64,000 nt of DNA, from contig NC_092673.1 of the NCBI RefSeq assembly GCF_964355755.1, positions 13,612,948-13,676,947 of the forward strand. Reading direction: 5' to 3'. Both the position numbers and the translations under genes were made by a program. Every line of letters begins with the position of its first letter. Position 1 is the stretch's first letter. Of this stretch, positions 47,770-61,736 are shown in pieces. The notes below the pieces were generated by a model, which searched no databases, had not been told where the DNA came from, and saw nothing but the letters and a program-made list of their open reading frames with translations. Origin of the DNA: Antedon mediterranea (lineage: Eukaryota > Animalia > Echinodermata).

Positions 47770-50700
47770 AAATACGGACGTGAACGGACGTGTTCACGTG
47801 GAGCTCTCTAAGCTACATTTTGTTTACGCTTCTGCTCACCTTGCTACCCCTCACTGGCATTCATCGCCTGTAATACTTTTGGAGCATCAGAGCCACTCCT
47901 TGGGCCTAACTCGCTCTCATACCATCGCTGAACCCGGAATTTCAATCAGCAATTTGTGTTCACGGAGCAGAGTATGGCGGCGGTAAGATGTGCCATTCTA
48001 AATTTTCGTTTTTTAATTGCACTGACTTGTACTGTTATATTTATGATTCATAGTCCTGATAAATCATTACCTATGAAGTTATATTCATCAATTAGTGGCG
48101 ACGTGCATAAATATATGTATTATAATTACATCGATCAGTACGGGACACAATCTTTTGTTTTTCGCGCTATTCACCCTCCATTTATCATCAACAATGGATT
48201 CGTAGCCAGGCCACACAAACGGAAATTTTTCAAAGCACCAACACAGTACTATCCAAACTCAACCGCCAACTTTAAAGTATTGCTCACGTCCGGGGATGTC
48301 CATTCTAATCCAGGACCAGTCAACAAATCTGACAAATCCCGTAGTGATCGACCAACCAAAAAATCTGTTTCGGTTTTACTCTCAAACTGTCGCAGTATTC
48401 GCAATAAGTCTCTTGATTTGGCTATTTTCTGCGATACTAAATCAGATGGATTAGACATTATATGCTTAACGGAAACATGGTTGAACTCCGAGGATGATAC
48501 GCAGATGTTACATTTTTCTAATAAATTTGACATTTTTCGTCGCGATCGCGAATCTGTTACCCGTGGCGGAGGTTTACTGATTGGTATAAACAGCACATTG
48601 CAATCAAAGGTTATTGCATCTGAACTGAACATTGAAATGTTATGGGTCTCTATCACATGTCACAACAAATCGCATCTGTTATGCCTTGTGTACAGACCCC
48701 CAGACTCAACTGTTTCTTATTGGGATCAATTTGAATTTGCACTAGCTAGCCAAGAACATTCATTCCATAAATATGAATCGGTTGTCGTTTTGGGCGACTT
48801 TAATATCAATTGGCCAAATGCACCACATAAATTCATCGACGTGTTAAACATGTATGGTTTCGATCAATTAGTAAACCAAAATACTCGACCTTCCACAAAC
48901 GCTAATGATGGCTCACAGATAGATCTCGTGTTCTCAAACACGGGAGCCTCAGTAAGGCCCTGTTCAGACCCATGGCGTTAGACCGTTTTAGCGTACGACG
49001 CTAAAAGAATGTGTGTCTGAACAGTTGGGGATTAGCGTACAACGCGTCGTACAACGGTTGTAGCGTTGTAGTGGAAAACGGTTGATAGTACCGTTTTAGC
49101 GTACGACGCTACTGTAAGTCAACGTTGTATCCAATCAGAACGTTTCCTGTTATGACGCGAAACAAGGTTTGACCTAGGCTGACATCTTGTATCGTCAATG
49201 TGTGAGATGGATTTCAATAACAAAAAGGCCAGAATAAATAAGGCCTAACTACACTACAAATACAACTGTTACAAAGGCTACAAACTATTATCAACTGATT
49301 ACCATTATATTTTCTAACAAATGACATAAATACATGCACCTTGTATTTAAACATAGGGACTACGATCCCATCCGCTTTTAGGCCTAGCTAGGCCTAGAGC
49401 CATTCACGCATTTCATTCAAGCTAAAAACTAGCGTGGGACATCAAGTCACTCATTCATACAAGGCAGACTAGACTGGACAAGTTTAATGCTGAAAACCCC
49501 CTAACTCCTAAAAAAAATCAGTAAACAAAAACAAGGGGAGCTGTGTCCCTTTTATTAGCAAGTTAAGGGTTATTTTCTACCGACTGGACCAAATAATATA
49601 TATCTTTGACTGGATTGGATAGACTAATCACAATCATTTTTTTCTTCATTATTACGAGGCCTGCTTTATTTTCGTAACACAAGAGCCTGGGGAAAATGTT
49701 TTTTACTACAAAATAAAAACAATAGAAACAGAAATTTGGCTTTACTATATTTTTCTTAAATAAATGCTGAGGTATGTTTTATTTACGGCAAATTTTGTCA
49801 TAATTGTAGGGCTGAGATCTAGGCCTATATACAGTGGAAATAATGATGAAAACACGTGGGTAAGAGCACATGAATATGCAACTAGAAACAACCTGGATGA
49901 CGTACTTCCGTTTTAACGATAATCGTACGCTATGGGTCTGAACACCTCGTTTTTTTCTCTGCGGTTTGTAACGTGACCTTGATAGTAACGTTGTACGCTA
50001 AAACGGTCTAACGCCATGGGTCTGAACAGGGCCTTAGAAATATAAGCGTCGTTGACAATCCAGTCGAGAGCGACCACCATGCAATTGAATTTGATATCGA
50101 TTGTCGTCTCTGTTTACCAACTACATCCACAATACGCTCATTTATTAAGTGGAACAGCGGTGACTTCCATCATCTAAATAATCTCTTGCATTTGGCACCT
50201 TCCAGTATGTTCTTTAACGAAAATGACGTAAACGCATTATGGAGTGGCTTCATGGACATTATTGATGCCGCAGTTCGCGATAGTTTCCTGAGGGTCAAAA
50301 GCAGAGCACGTACACAGATCAGTCCATGGATAACTAAGGATATTAAACGTATGATTCAGAAGAAAAAGAAACTTTTTAAAAAATCTAGACGCTCTGGCAT
50401 ACAAGAACACTGGGATGCTCACAAGCAATGGCGAAACAAAGTTCACTATGCCATCAGGAAATCATATAAGGATTACGTAAACAATTTATTCAGATCCGCT
50501 GACAATAAAAAACGTTTTTTTGCGTTTGTGAAAGAAAAACGTTCATCTTCTTTACCCAGTAAATTTATTAATCCAACGAATAACTCTCATTACTCCAACA
50601 TTGAAGACATTGTAAAGGGTTTTAATCTTTATTTTACTTCTATTTTTAATGATGTTAACGTTCATTTTAATTTTAACGAACCTCCCCTCTGTTCTCTTAA

Positions 50701-52405
50701 AATCCCTGTACTTGCTGATATTTCATTTAGTCCGAATGATATAATTAACACCATATCTACTTTTCGGTCTAATTCCGCCCCTGGACCAGACTTAATATCA
50801 GTCAAATTACTCAAGCCGATATCGCATTCAATTGCCTATCCCCTTTGGTTGCTGTATCGTACTTCCCTTAATACTGGTACTGTGCCCAATGATTGGAAAT
50901 GTGTAAATACTATCCCAGTTCATAAATCTGGCGATAAGGCAGCGATAACTAATTATAGACCAGTGGCCCTTTCCTCATTGGTGTGTAAAATTTTAGAGAA
51001 GATTATCGATTAACTTTACGTATGACAACGGTTTACTTAACCCTAATCAACATGGTTTTGTCAAACATAAACCTTGCGTAACTCAACTCAATAATGTTAC
51101 CTATCACTGGTCAAAAATTCTTGACAAACGTGAGCCAGCAATTATTGATACTCTGTTTTTAGACATGAGCAAAGCATTTGATAAAATGCCCTTCGACATC
51201 TTATTAACAAAAATTGCTGTAAATTTTAATATTCAAGGTAATATCTGGAAATGGATATCTTCATACTTGACTGACAGGAATCAGAAAGTTTGTTTCAGGG
51301 AGGCTACTTCTTCCGTACTTCCAGTTACATCGGGTATACCTCAGGGCAGTTGTCTTGGTCCAATTTTATTCAATATGTTTGTGAACGATGTTAATCATAA
51401 TGTTTCTTCTGAATGTTTTCTTTTTGCAGATGATATAATACTATATAGACACAGACAAAATGCCAACGATATTGTTAATTTGCAAAATGATATAAATATT
51501 TTATCTAATTGGGCTGATAAGAATCAAATGAAATTCAATGTCAACAAAACTAAATTAATGCATATCACCAGAAAGCGTAACTTTGTTAAGCCGTTGCACT
51601 TTCTTAATGGTGAGACAATTGCGGTGGTTGATAGCCATAAACATTTAAGAGTAGGCCCTACATATCGATTCTAAACTGAATTGGAATGTTCAAATCGATA
51701 ATCTAATATCTAAAGCTAATCGAATGTTAGGCTTTATTTTTCTGTAGCCGGAAATTGTTCTCCAGACGCGATTTTGGTGCTACCTATTCTAGAATATGGT
51801 TTGCCGGCGTGGGGCCCCAGAAATGGAGGACACATAAAACGCCTCGAACAGGTTCAGCGACGGGCCTCAAGACGTATTCTGGGACCCCACTGCGGACCTA
51901 TATCATACGACGAACGTTTAATAACTTTGGGTTGGTTATCCTTACGTGATAGACGTTTAATGATTTTAATTTCCTTTATATTTCGTTGTTTTTATAATGT
52001 AACTTTTTGTAGTACTGTAAATAATAATATCCATATCAATCAACGCCATCGTACCGATACTTTAAAATATTCGTCTATCAACAATTTTCCTGGTCATCAC
52101 TACCCTCCATAATCAAAGATCAAGCAGTTACTCTTCCTTTGAAAAATTTCCTGTCGAAATTGAAAAAATATCTGCTTGATCAACGCTAAATTTATTTTAA
52201 TTATATAGGTGTATTTTAAATTGTGTAACACAGTAATACAAATTAATTAAATTTTTTATATATTCTGTATATTTTATATTCATTTTTAACTTGTATTAAG
52301 TTGTATGTTACAGGGGTTGCGGACACAAATGTGTTATGGCGCTCTGTTGCTGTCGCAACCCCTGGACCGCTTGTTGTCGAATAAAGAAATTAAATGAAAT
52401 GAAAA
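47770..52405 (+). mobile_element. Near full-length single-ORF CR1/L2-clade LINE (APE + RT), degraded and MITE-interrupted
   Basis: NCRSIRNK, CLTETWL, GDFN, SDH; NYRPVAL, DMSKAFD, GIPQGSCLGP, FADD; AATAAA plus (AAATG)n tail. Confidence 0.92.
48956..50033. mobile_element. Harbinger-type MITE, 1078 bp
   Basis: Perfect 41-bp TIR GGCCCTGTTCAGACCCATGGCG...; TAA/TTA flanks; excision with a 3-bp TSD restores the LINE frame (SVRNISVVDNPVESDH). Confidence 0.9.
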
Positions 52406-54119
52406 TAATAATTCATTAATTCATTTGTAAACAACTTATTATTGTGTCTTCATCTCGTATCTAATTCGCTATGTACAACAGCTTTGTTAATGTATTTTTA
52501 AAATTTATAAATGACTTGTGCCGATTCTAAGTACATGTGGTATCTGATTGGCTAATTCTTACTTCAACCTTAAACTCCATACATATTCTAAACTCTAAAC
52601 TTATGTGAAAGTCGACGACCAAAAGCTAATAAAAACTGAAATACTCACTCATGCTGCTATTCACTGTATCACGATACACCGATCCTTTATTCAACTAATA
52701 CAATTCAGCTTTTGCTATAGAGTCCTTTTTTAAAACGATGCAAATGTATTCCTTCACGTTCAGAAACCAAAGCAACACCTACCCTTTGCGTACATGACAT
52801 TTCGCATGCTATTTGCATAATTAGTAAATCGTGTTGGCGTTTTCATAACAAACTGCTGTCACTGATTTGTAAATAACATATCTTTTTTTTTTTCATTTTG
52901 CTGTACACAGTTAGAATATCATTATTTTATTATTATGTAATATAATAGTAGGTCTCGTAATTGAAAACAAAAATAAAGGCTGCTTTGGGATCCTAAACAT
53001 TGGAAGAATGCACCAAGAGATTTGGAGAAGCTCTAAGATCGTCGAAAACCATTTTGATAGTGAAACAAGATCAAGGTTATACAAATGTAGACATCATAGC
53101 AATGCTATGCTTCCTTTATGCTTCCTAGTAATAGGAAACATAAAAATGGAATTAATAATATGATAACAATCTGATGCTTCTCTAATTAAACGACACTTGT
53201 TGTATATTTGTTACGAAAGTGAAATGTTAATAAATCATAATGATCTGTTTTGTCAAATAAGAAACTTATCTATTCACTTTAAAAGGAGGTTTTATCATCG
53301 CTTCCTCATTAGCATACTGTAGGCCTTTATTCAGTCAATTTGTACTTCAACATGAAAGGTTTATACATTACCACTATGATTAATATGTGGAGTTAATCTT
53401 CAGAATACAATCGTTTTTTCTGTAATATTCTGTCCTATAATTAGAGGTCAATTAGCGTGTTATAAATACAATCCGCTAGTAAATGGAACTCAGCCGCTTG
53501 ATGATTTCAGATGTCCTAAGAAATGTGAGAAATATTATAGGAAAGAAACGGAATTATACTACACTCACAGCTTGTTTTGTTCAAAAAAGGGATTGGAATC
53601 CATTCCATCGCAAGATACGGTATCAACTGATGTTGAATTTTACAATCTATATGACAAAAGTATTGGGTCATTAAAGAACGACTCTTTCCAGAATTTAACT
53701 GTTCTACGATATTTAAGTCTTGATAATAACCAGTCTAATTCAGCCGCGGATTTAAGGGGGGGGGGGGGGGCACGGGTTAGAAACTGGGTAACTTCTTCTG
53801 TCAGTCTGTTTTATTGCCGAAACACGATAGCTCAACAGGCACGTTTAATATTTGTCTAGACAAAACAAAGCACACGTGCCGTTGTAGAGAAACCAGCCTA
53901 AAATTATAGAACCATTGATGTTAATGCATTTCGTGGCTTGCAAAAACTAACACGTTTATCTATGAATGAAAACCGTTACTTAAATCATCTTTTGTCACAG
54001 TGGTTTGTTGATCTAGTATCTTTAGAAGAATTACATCTACAATATTGTGGATTAACAATAATATATCCTAATGTATTTAGTAATTGCAAAAGAATAATTT
54101 ATAATTTATGTATTCGGTA

Positions 54120-57100
54120 GCGTGTTTGTTACTTGGCCAAATTGAAAATTGGCCAAGTATGTTGATCTGTTTGGTTTGTGTGTTTGTTACTTGGCCAAAT
54201 TGAAAATTGGCCAAGTATGTTGATCTGTTTGGTTTGTGTGTTTGTTTGTTTGTTTGTCATCACTCTAGTGCTCACAGTTTTGATTCAAAACCATACATGT
54301 CACCTGGTGCAAGGACGACACTGCCCAATTTTGGTTAAAATCTGGACCACGGTCCCAATTCTGGACCACTATGCGCGAAGGCTAGTTTGTTTGTTTGTTT
54401 GGAGGATTACTCAAAAAGAAATTACAAGATCTTTACCAAAATGAATATACAGATATAGTCCAGTCAAAAATCACCCTCACCATGGTATAAGAACGTACCC
54501 TAATAAAATTTCATCCGTAGGTTCTATGTAAATAGGTAATAACATTTCTTGATGTTGCGTCTTGCAAAACTTGGGATTTTACGAGAAAATTTGACTTTTA
54601 TACCCAATTTATAACTACCTCATGTCGTATTATTGTTTACAGCGAATGCGACGAAGCGTGACTGAAATTACGAGACGCCGTTTTCGCCCGTTGAAAAATG
54701 CATTAACAAAGCTAAAAACCTAGAAAATTAATAGTTTATACAATAATTTAAATATAGTTTACAATAAATTGTATAATAAAATAAAAAGAAAATTCAAGTA
54801 TAATCTCAAATATTTACAGATATGTGTTTAAAAATGTACAAATCAAAATGGCCTTCCATAAAATAAAGTGCGCCCTCACTCGTCATACTTTTATCGGACT
54901 TGTATGGATGGTTATACAAGGCATTAATAATACGAAACCCGATGCGGTTCGTTAGTTATTGCCTCTGCAAGAGGCAGAATATTATATTTTCACAAATATA
55001 TTTCTAGTTTTTATCATGGAAAAAAAGAATTGTATATATTTAAACACATTACAACCTCCAGTCTACCATTCATGATGGATTAAGCTAGTTAGTTATATTC
55101 TGGACATTCTTTTTTTCACAGCATTACTTGCGTGGATATCACAATGCATTTGTTTATTCGCGATTATAGTCAATATTAATTTGAGTAAGAATCATTTTTA
55201 AATGACAGTCCATTTCGCGTATACGATATAATAAAGATTTAAATTAATAAAGTACGGTACTCTGAAATATTTTCTCATTGGTTATCCGCAACAAAGAATC
55301 CTTGTGATTGTTAGTTTTGTTTAATTTTCTTTGAATTGTTTATTGGCATCCATATCGTATGATGTGTGAGACAATTTCGTGTTTTAGAAAATGTAATCCT
55401 GCCACCGAAGATTCTTTCTGTTCGAAGACTTCTGACGGATAACTGTGTTATTCTTTTACATTTAATTAATTAATTAATGTTCATCTTCACTTTTGGGAAA
55501 AATAGCCTACATCTTTTAGGTTTAAAACGTCATTTATAAGCATTTTGAATAAGCCAACAAATTAAACTACTGTGTTCTCCCAAGCTTTTTAAATTTTATT
55601 TAAATGCATTAAAATGCGTCGGACTCGGCGGATAACAATATTTGAAATAAATGCATATAAAACTTTTGTTCTGGACTTTACTTTTTTGTCCCAAGTGAGA
55701 ACTTTCAGGCCGTGGAGGTGAACCGATCGTTTATGACATGCTTTTGTGTATAAAATGTCCAATAATAATTGTAGGACTACTCTCAACCAAAACACTTTAT
55801 ATTAGAATGTATTTAATATACGTCACGTCTTAAAAAATTGGGAGAATTGGGTAATACAGTATGTCGTTTCTCGCGAATCTTACATCACACTCCAACATTC
55901 TCACTTTCTTTTATTTAGTGAAATGTGAACGGTGGAAAAACGGGAAAATACTTTAAATTTAGAATGCTTTGAATTCTGGAAGACGACTTCGAACTTAAAG
56001 AATCGTCATGAATGACGTTTATTGGCTCAAACTTCACACATCGGTACGATGTGAAGGCCAGACGGATTCAGAGAGGATCAAACCGGCTCCTCCTCCCCAT
56101 TGGCAGTGGGGGCATCGGCGGGTGAAAGGGAATAATGATAAATGTTGATTCAGACGAATGCCAACCAGCCCCTTTGATACGCTCTTAATAATTGTTGGAA
56201 AGTGAAAGTAGGGCTACTTGAGGTAGGGCCTAGTATCTTTCGTATAGGCCTACACGAAATGGATTATCCTTAAATGATTGGTTCTTACTCTAATTAAGAT
56301 CATAATCGCGAATGATAGTTCAAAATATGCAATGCATTGTGATATCAACGCAAGTAATGCTGTGAAAAAAAAAGAATGTCTAAAAATAAAACCAGCAAAA
56401 CTAGTAGATCATTACGCTTCAGCAGATATACAAATATACACTTAATCCATCATGATGGTATACTGGAGGTTGTAATGTGTTTAAATATATACAATTCTTT
56501 TTTTCCATGATAAAAATTAGAAATATATTTGTGAAAATATAATATTCTGCCTCTTGCAGAGGCAATAACTAACAAACCGCATCGTGTTTCATATATTAAT
56601 GCCTTGTATATACTGTATACAAGTCCGATAAAAGTATGACGAGTGAGGGCGCACTTTATTTTATGGAAGGCCATTTTGATTTGTACATTTTGAAACACAT
56701 ATCTGTAAATATTTGAGATTATACTTGGGTTTTCTTTATATGTTATGTATTTTATTATACAATTTATTGTAAACTATATTTAAATTATTGTATAAACTAT
56801 TAATTTTGTAAGTTTTTAGCTTTGTTAATGCATTTTTCAACGGGCGCTAACGGCGTCTCGTAATTTTAGTCACGCTTCGTCGAATTCGCTGTACACAATA
56901 ATACGACATGAGGCGGTTATAAATTGGGTATAAAAGTCTAATTTTCTCGTAAAATCCCAAGTTTTGCAAGACGCAACATCAAGAAATGTTATTACCTATA
57001 TACATAGAACCTACGGATGAAATTTTATTAGGGTACGTTCTTATACCATGGTGAGGGTGATTTTTGACTGGACTAATAGATATGTGGTCAAGGACCATAC

Positions 57101-57985
57101 CATTAAATTTTGGGACCATTTGGGACCATGGTCCCAATTCTGGACCATTTTTTTTAGTATACTTTTCAGACCTGCTAGTGTTAAAAGATAAGAAAGAATT
57201 TTCCAAAAGCCGGCGAGCAGTCTTAAAGTAACAAGTAAACTAAAATTGCATTTTCTCGAGAACTACTTCTCCAAAAAAACATTTTTGTACAAGAGGCAAG
57301 AGTTATAATTTGTGATTTGTAATTTTAAAACATAAGTTGATTTAATATACAGGTTTTTTTATGCGAATAGTTTAAAAAACCTAATTCTTTTCAAATTCAC
57401 CTGTGTGTTTGTCGCGTTGCTGTTCTATTGTTAGTCGACTGAAGCTATTGTTAGTTGAAAGGCTGGTTACATAACCTTTACACCAAACTCGTATACACAT
57501 GATTGTAGTGAAATTAGCCTAAATCACACAGCATAAGACACACACTTTTGGTGAGGTCAATTTTGATTTGTCCAAGTATCGCGCTATGCGCGAAGGCTAG
57601 TTTGTTTGTTTGTTTGTTTGGAGGATTACTCAAAAAGAAATTACAAGATCTTTACCAAAATGAATATACAGATAGATATGTGGTCAAGGACCATACCATT
57701 AAATTTTGGGACCATTTGGGACCATGGTCCCAATTCTGGACCATTTTTTTTAGTATACTTTTCAGACCTGCTAGTGTTAAAAGATAAGAAAGAATTTTCC
57801 AAAAGCCGGCGAGCAGTCTTAAAGTAACAAGTAAACTGAAATTGCATTTTCTCGAGAACTACAGCATTAAGACACACACAAATATATAGGCCTATATATA
57901 TATTTTTTTTTTACCAGAGAAATCTTATGTAGGAGAATTTTACAGTAGGTGGAGGTATGCACTCTTGGAATGGCTTTCTAGTTTA
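54120..57985 (+). mobile_element. Composite HINE array inserted in TLR2
   Basis: TTACTTGGCCAAATTGAAAATTGGCCAAGTA head (twice), (TTTG)n, CGCGCTATGCGCGAAGGCTAGTT hairpin ends; duplicated unit at 57590-57865. Confidence 0.7.
54456..57075. mobile_element. Academ-type non-autonomous foldback element, 2620 bp
   Basis: TAG..CTA ends, 3-bp TSD ATA confirmed by the empty site at ~57668, ~630-bp highly similar TIRs. Confidence 0.9.
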
Positions 57986-58894
57986 AATTGATTTTACAAG
58001 AAACTATATAAATTATATCAAATCTGGCACATTTCAGAATTTGTCAGTTATTAAATATTTATATCTAAACAACAATCATATTATCAGTATACCACTACAA
58101 GAATTTAAAGGATTATTGCAATTACAACGAATGACTATTGGTAACAACCGTCTGACTACAATCACAGAGGATGTTGAACTTCAAAATCTGACTCAATTAC
58201 AGATTATAAATGTGGCGTACAACAAGTTTCTCTGTGACTGTGATTTTTTGTGGTTTAGAAAATGGATTGAGCCAACAAATGTGACAGTTCAATACACCTA
58301 CCATACACTATGTCAATTTCCAGATAGTAAAAAAAATGCTGTTAAATTTAGTCGGAAGGTATGTTAGTTGTCTCCAAACAATTTTCCAAAAGTGAGTGGT
58401 GCAACTTCGAGTTAGAGATGGCGCGCATGCGCATGTTTGACAACCATGAAGATTTATTGGTCATTGTACTAATTGAGAAGGTGTCACCTAAAGACATGCC
58501 GATACTCTTACACAAGATATTGACCACTACACAACTTATATCGAATAGGAAGAACATCCAGAGAGACAAGCATTGTTCTGGGCCAAGCTTAAAACAGCTC
58601 TCTTTTTTTTCTTTTTTTTTTGTGGATACCTTTGATGTTTGCGAAGGTTTCTAGAGGTTATCAATTAGCCTATCTTTTGGACAGTTAGGTGACAAAGGTA
58701 TCCACAAAAACATATTAATTTACCAAAGGAAAGTAGGCTATAATGTATAGTATTATATATACTTTCCTAAACAATTAAATCGGTTCTTTAAAGAATTATA
58801 TGAGGTTTAGTACACTACATTTTTGCATTTGTTACAAAATTAAATATTAATAAACCATTATTAATTATATGTTTTGTCTCAAGATGAAAGTGAA

Positions 58895-59270
58895 AATTAA
58901 TTTACTTGAAAATGAGATTATAACGTCAATAATTTCAGAAATACTTAAATTGACTGTTTGAAAAATTATTTTAGTTTCATTGCTCCAAATTCTTGCATTG
59001 GTTCGAAAGTGAAATATTAATTAATCATTATTATTCCCGGCTTGAACCATTACCTAAAAAGGAGATGAATAACGATATGTCATTATCACTTCTCCTTATT
59101 AGAATACATTACCAGTCGATTTCTCTCATTATTGTGTTAGGCCTATACTTCAACGTAAGAGTTTCATACATTACCACTATGAATATGTGGACTCTTCTTT
59201 TCATTACTATCGTTCTTAAAATTTCGTAACATTCTATTGTCCTATTAGCGGTAAGTTAACGTGCTACAGT
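58895..59270 (+). pseudogene. TLR paralog 3: promoter and 5' coding fragment only
   Basis: Aligns to ~45060-45420 (MSLSLL..SISLII..YFNV..TTMNM.TLL), then similarity stops. Confidence 0.85.
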
Positions 59271-59669
59271 AACAACTTACTATTTAATAGCTTTGAACAG
59301 CTTTGCTCTCCTATAATTTTTGTTGTAAATTATTTAGGTTTGGGATTTGTTACCAAAAAGATAGATAACGAAATTTACATGAATGCGCAGCCCATGTACC
59401 TACAACTCTATAACGTGTGGAATAAGGCACCCAACGCACTGTACTTTATAAAGAAGCTTTAGTATTATTATCCCGTAATTGTTAGGCATAGTCTTTTAAA
59501 GCAGGCAATGATCAGGTAAAAATAGAAACTAATGCAATTAAAATTAAAGAAAATATAATGACAGTCTAATGGTTCTTTATCTTCTTGACTCTATATCGCA
59601 TGACATTCCCACAACAAAGCTAGAGTGAACGTATGGTATGATGGCAATCTTCTTGGTTAAAATTATTTT

Positions 59670-60100
59670 GTTTTGGCAACAACGAGTCGTGTATCAGGGA
59701 AAGTGCTCTTCGTGGACCAACTTTCTATCTGGAATTCCTCAAGGTTCATGTTTAGGGCCTACCTTATTCAACATCTATGTCAACGACCTTCATTCTAATC
59801 TGTCAACAAGGCCTTTTCAATAAGCAGATGACAGGTTTATTATTATTTTATTATTCTGAAAAATATTTTACAAGAAGATAAAAACCATATCAGAGATGGT
59901 CTGAATCAAACGTTTAACAAATACCAGGTTTTGTAAACTACTCGACAGCGTAAACCAACACTTCCGAACTAGTCACTGAATGGTAAACTAATGTCAATTT
60001 ATATGAATATCATGAGAGTCAACATTTCTCGCAACTTATTGTGGAACAATCAAGTCGAGAAGGTGACATCGAATTATTGTTTTAATTGTACTTGGCAATA
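59670..60100 (+). mobile_element. CR1/L2 RT fragment
   Basis: QRVVYQG..SGIPQGSCLGPTLFNIYVNDL..ADD. Confidence 0.75.
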
Positions 60101-61736
60101 TCAATCAAACTCCCCTCATGTTTTTTTGGGGATTTTGGGGATCATCTCTCAAAAGTTTTTTTTACAGTGCTGAAGACTTTTACCTTACTAACGAGAATTA
60201 AAGATGGTAACATACCTAGTATTTTGGACTTTTGTTATATTATGTTGTACGTTATAAGACGGCTATTGGTCAGAGTGATCATCTGGTTTTAACTTTCAAA
60301 ATGGACTGTTTGACTGTGAAAATAAAGCTGAAAATGCCTATTCGAAATTATTATAAAGGAGATGATGACAGATCTGCTATCAGATACTTTTATTAACGTT
60401 TTTAAACATATTTAAAAATATAGTATCGACGAAATCAATCTCGAACGACCATTTGGAGGAGTTGGCTTTATCTGTTAACTATCTCTTAATATTGTAATTA
60501 ATTAAAACAAGGTCATACACATGGCCTCAGTCGCGTCCTCAAGTTAGTGTTTACCAACCGACCAACCTACCGACCGACATAATTAGCTGTAGAGTCGCGT
60601 CGCGTTAAAAATGAGACGTTGCAGTTAAAAAAATTATGATATAGTTATACTATAGTTATATTATTTATTATTGGAATATCCAATAGTTAATATATGAATT
60701 GTAGTAGGCTATTCGATTTGGAACTTTTCGTTGTCAATAAAAGATTCGCTGAGAACTTTTTGTATTCGAATTGTAAATTGTAAACGGATTGTACTTAAAA
60801 GAAAATCATTCGTTAAGCAACAATGTCATCATTCAAAATATTCCGTTCAAAAAGTAGACCTACTAACGGAAAAAGTATACTCAACGGTAAAAAAAAGTCC
60901 CAATCGAATACAAAAAACGGTTTAGCTTTGTCTGGGAAAATCCACTTGATACCAAATAAATAAATAAGATGTTGTATTACAGCCTTCGTTTGTTTCTTCT
61001 TTTCGAATTATTCATTTGTGTAGGCATGGTCTAGCCCCATTATGTCAGATTCATTTCACGAATAGTTAATATTACTAGCTAGGGCCTAGGTTTACGTGCC
61101 TGGGACGCGGAAATGTAGGCCAGTGTAATCGACGATAAATAAGATGTTGTATTACACAACCTTCGTTTGTTTCTTCAGGGTGTTTTAGCTTCAACTGTTG
61201 TTATGGCCCCAATAGCCTTCCATAGACAAAAGCGGTTTCTTCCCTCTCCGGCGACGCGTCGTGCGTCGTGCGAGCTCACAAAAATCATTTACATCATTAC
61301 ATGTGGAGGAGGAGGAGTAACGAATGGTCGAAGTCAAAGATGAGTTCACAGTAATTGTAGTTGACGGGGGAGGACAGCAGCAAAACGGTTATTGTATGCT
61401 TAGCCCGATGCTTAGAGTTAGACGTGACCTGTTTTAAAGTTTGTCTTTTTCGAATTATTCATTTGTGTAGGCATGTGGTCTAGCCCCATTGTCAGATTCA
61501 TCTCAGGAATAGTTAATGTACCAAAAAATGTGCATGCATGAGCGATTTTCAATTGACCAATTAATTGCGTTGATTCTGCCGGAATCCCATAACCACTTTG
61601 TAAATTAGGGTATGTTCAGACTCACGGAGTTACGGTGGAGTTATCTACGCAAGGTGTACGGTAATCCGTGGCGTTAAAAGCCAAGGTGTACAGACACAAC
61701 GATCAACATTCTAATGCCTTGCATTTAAAACACTCT

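Larger units (their letters stand above)
53376..58700 (+). pseudogene. TLR paralog 2, pseudogene
   Basis: Colinear with TLR1 at ~53376-53730, 53905-54100, 57990-58340 and 58352-58600; frameshifts, insertions, deletion of TM/intron/TIR N-half, inverted 3' end. Confidence 0.9.
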
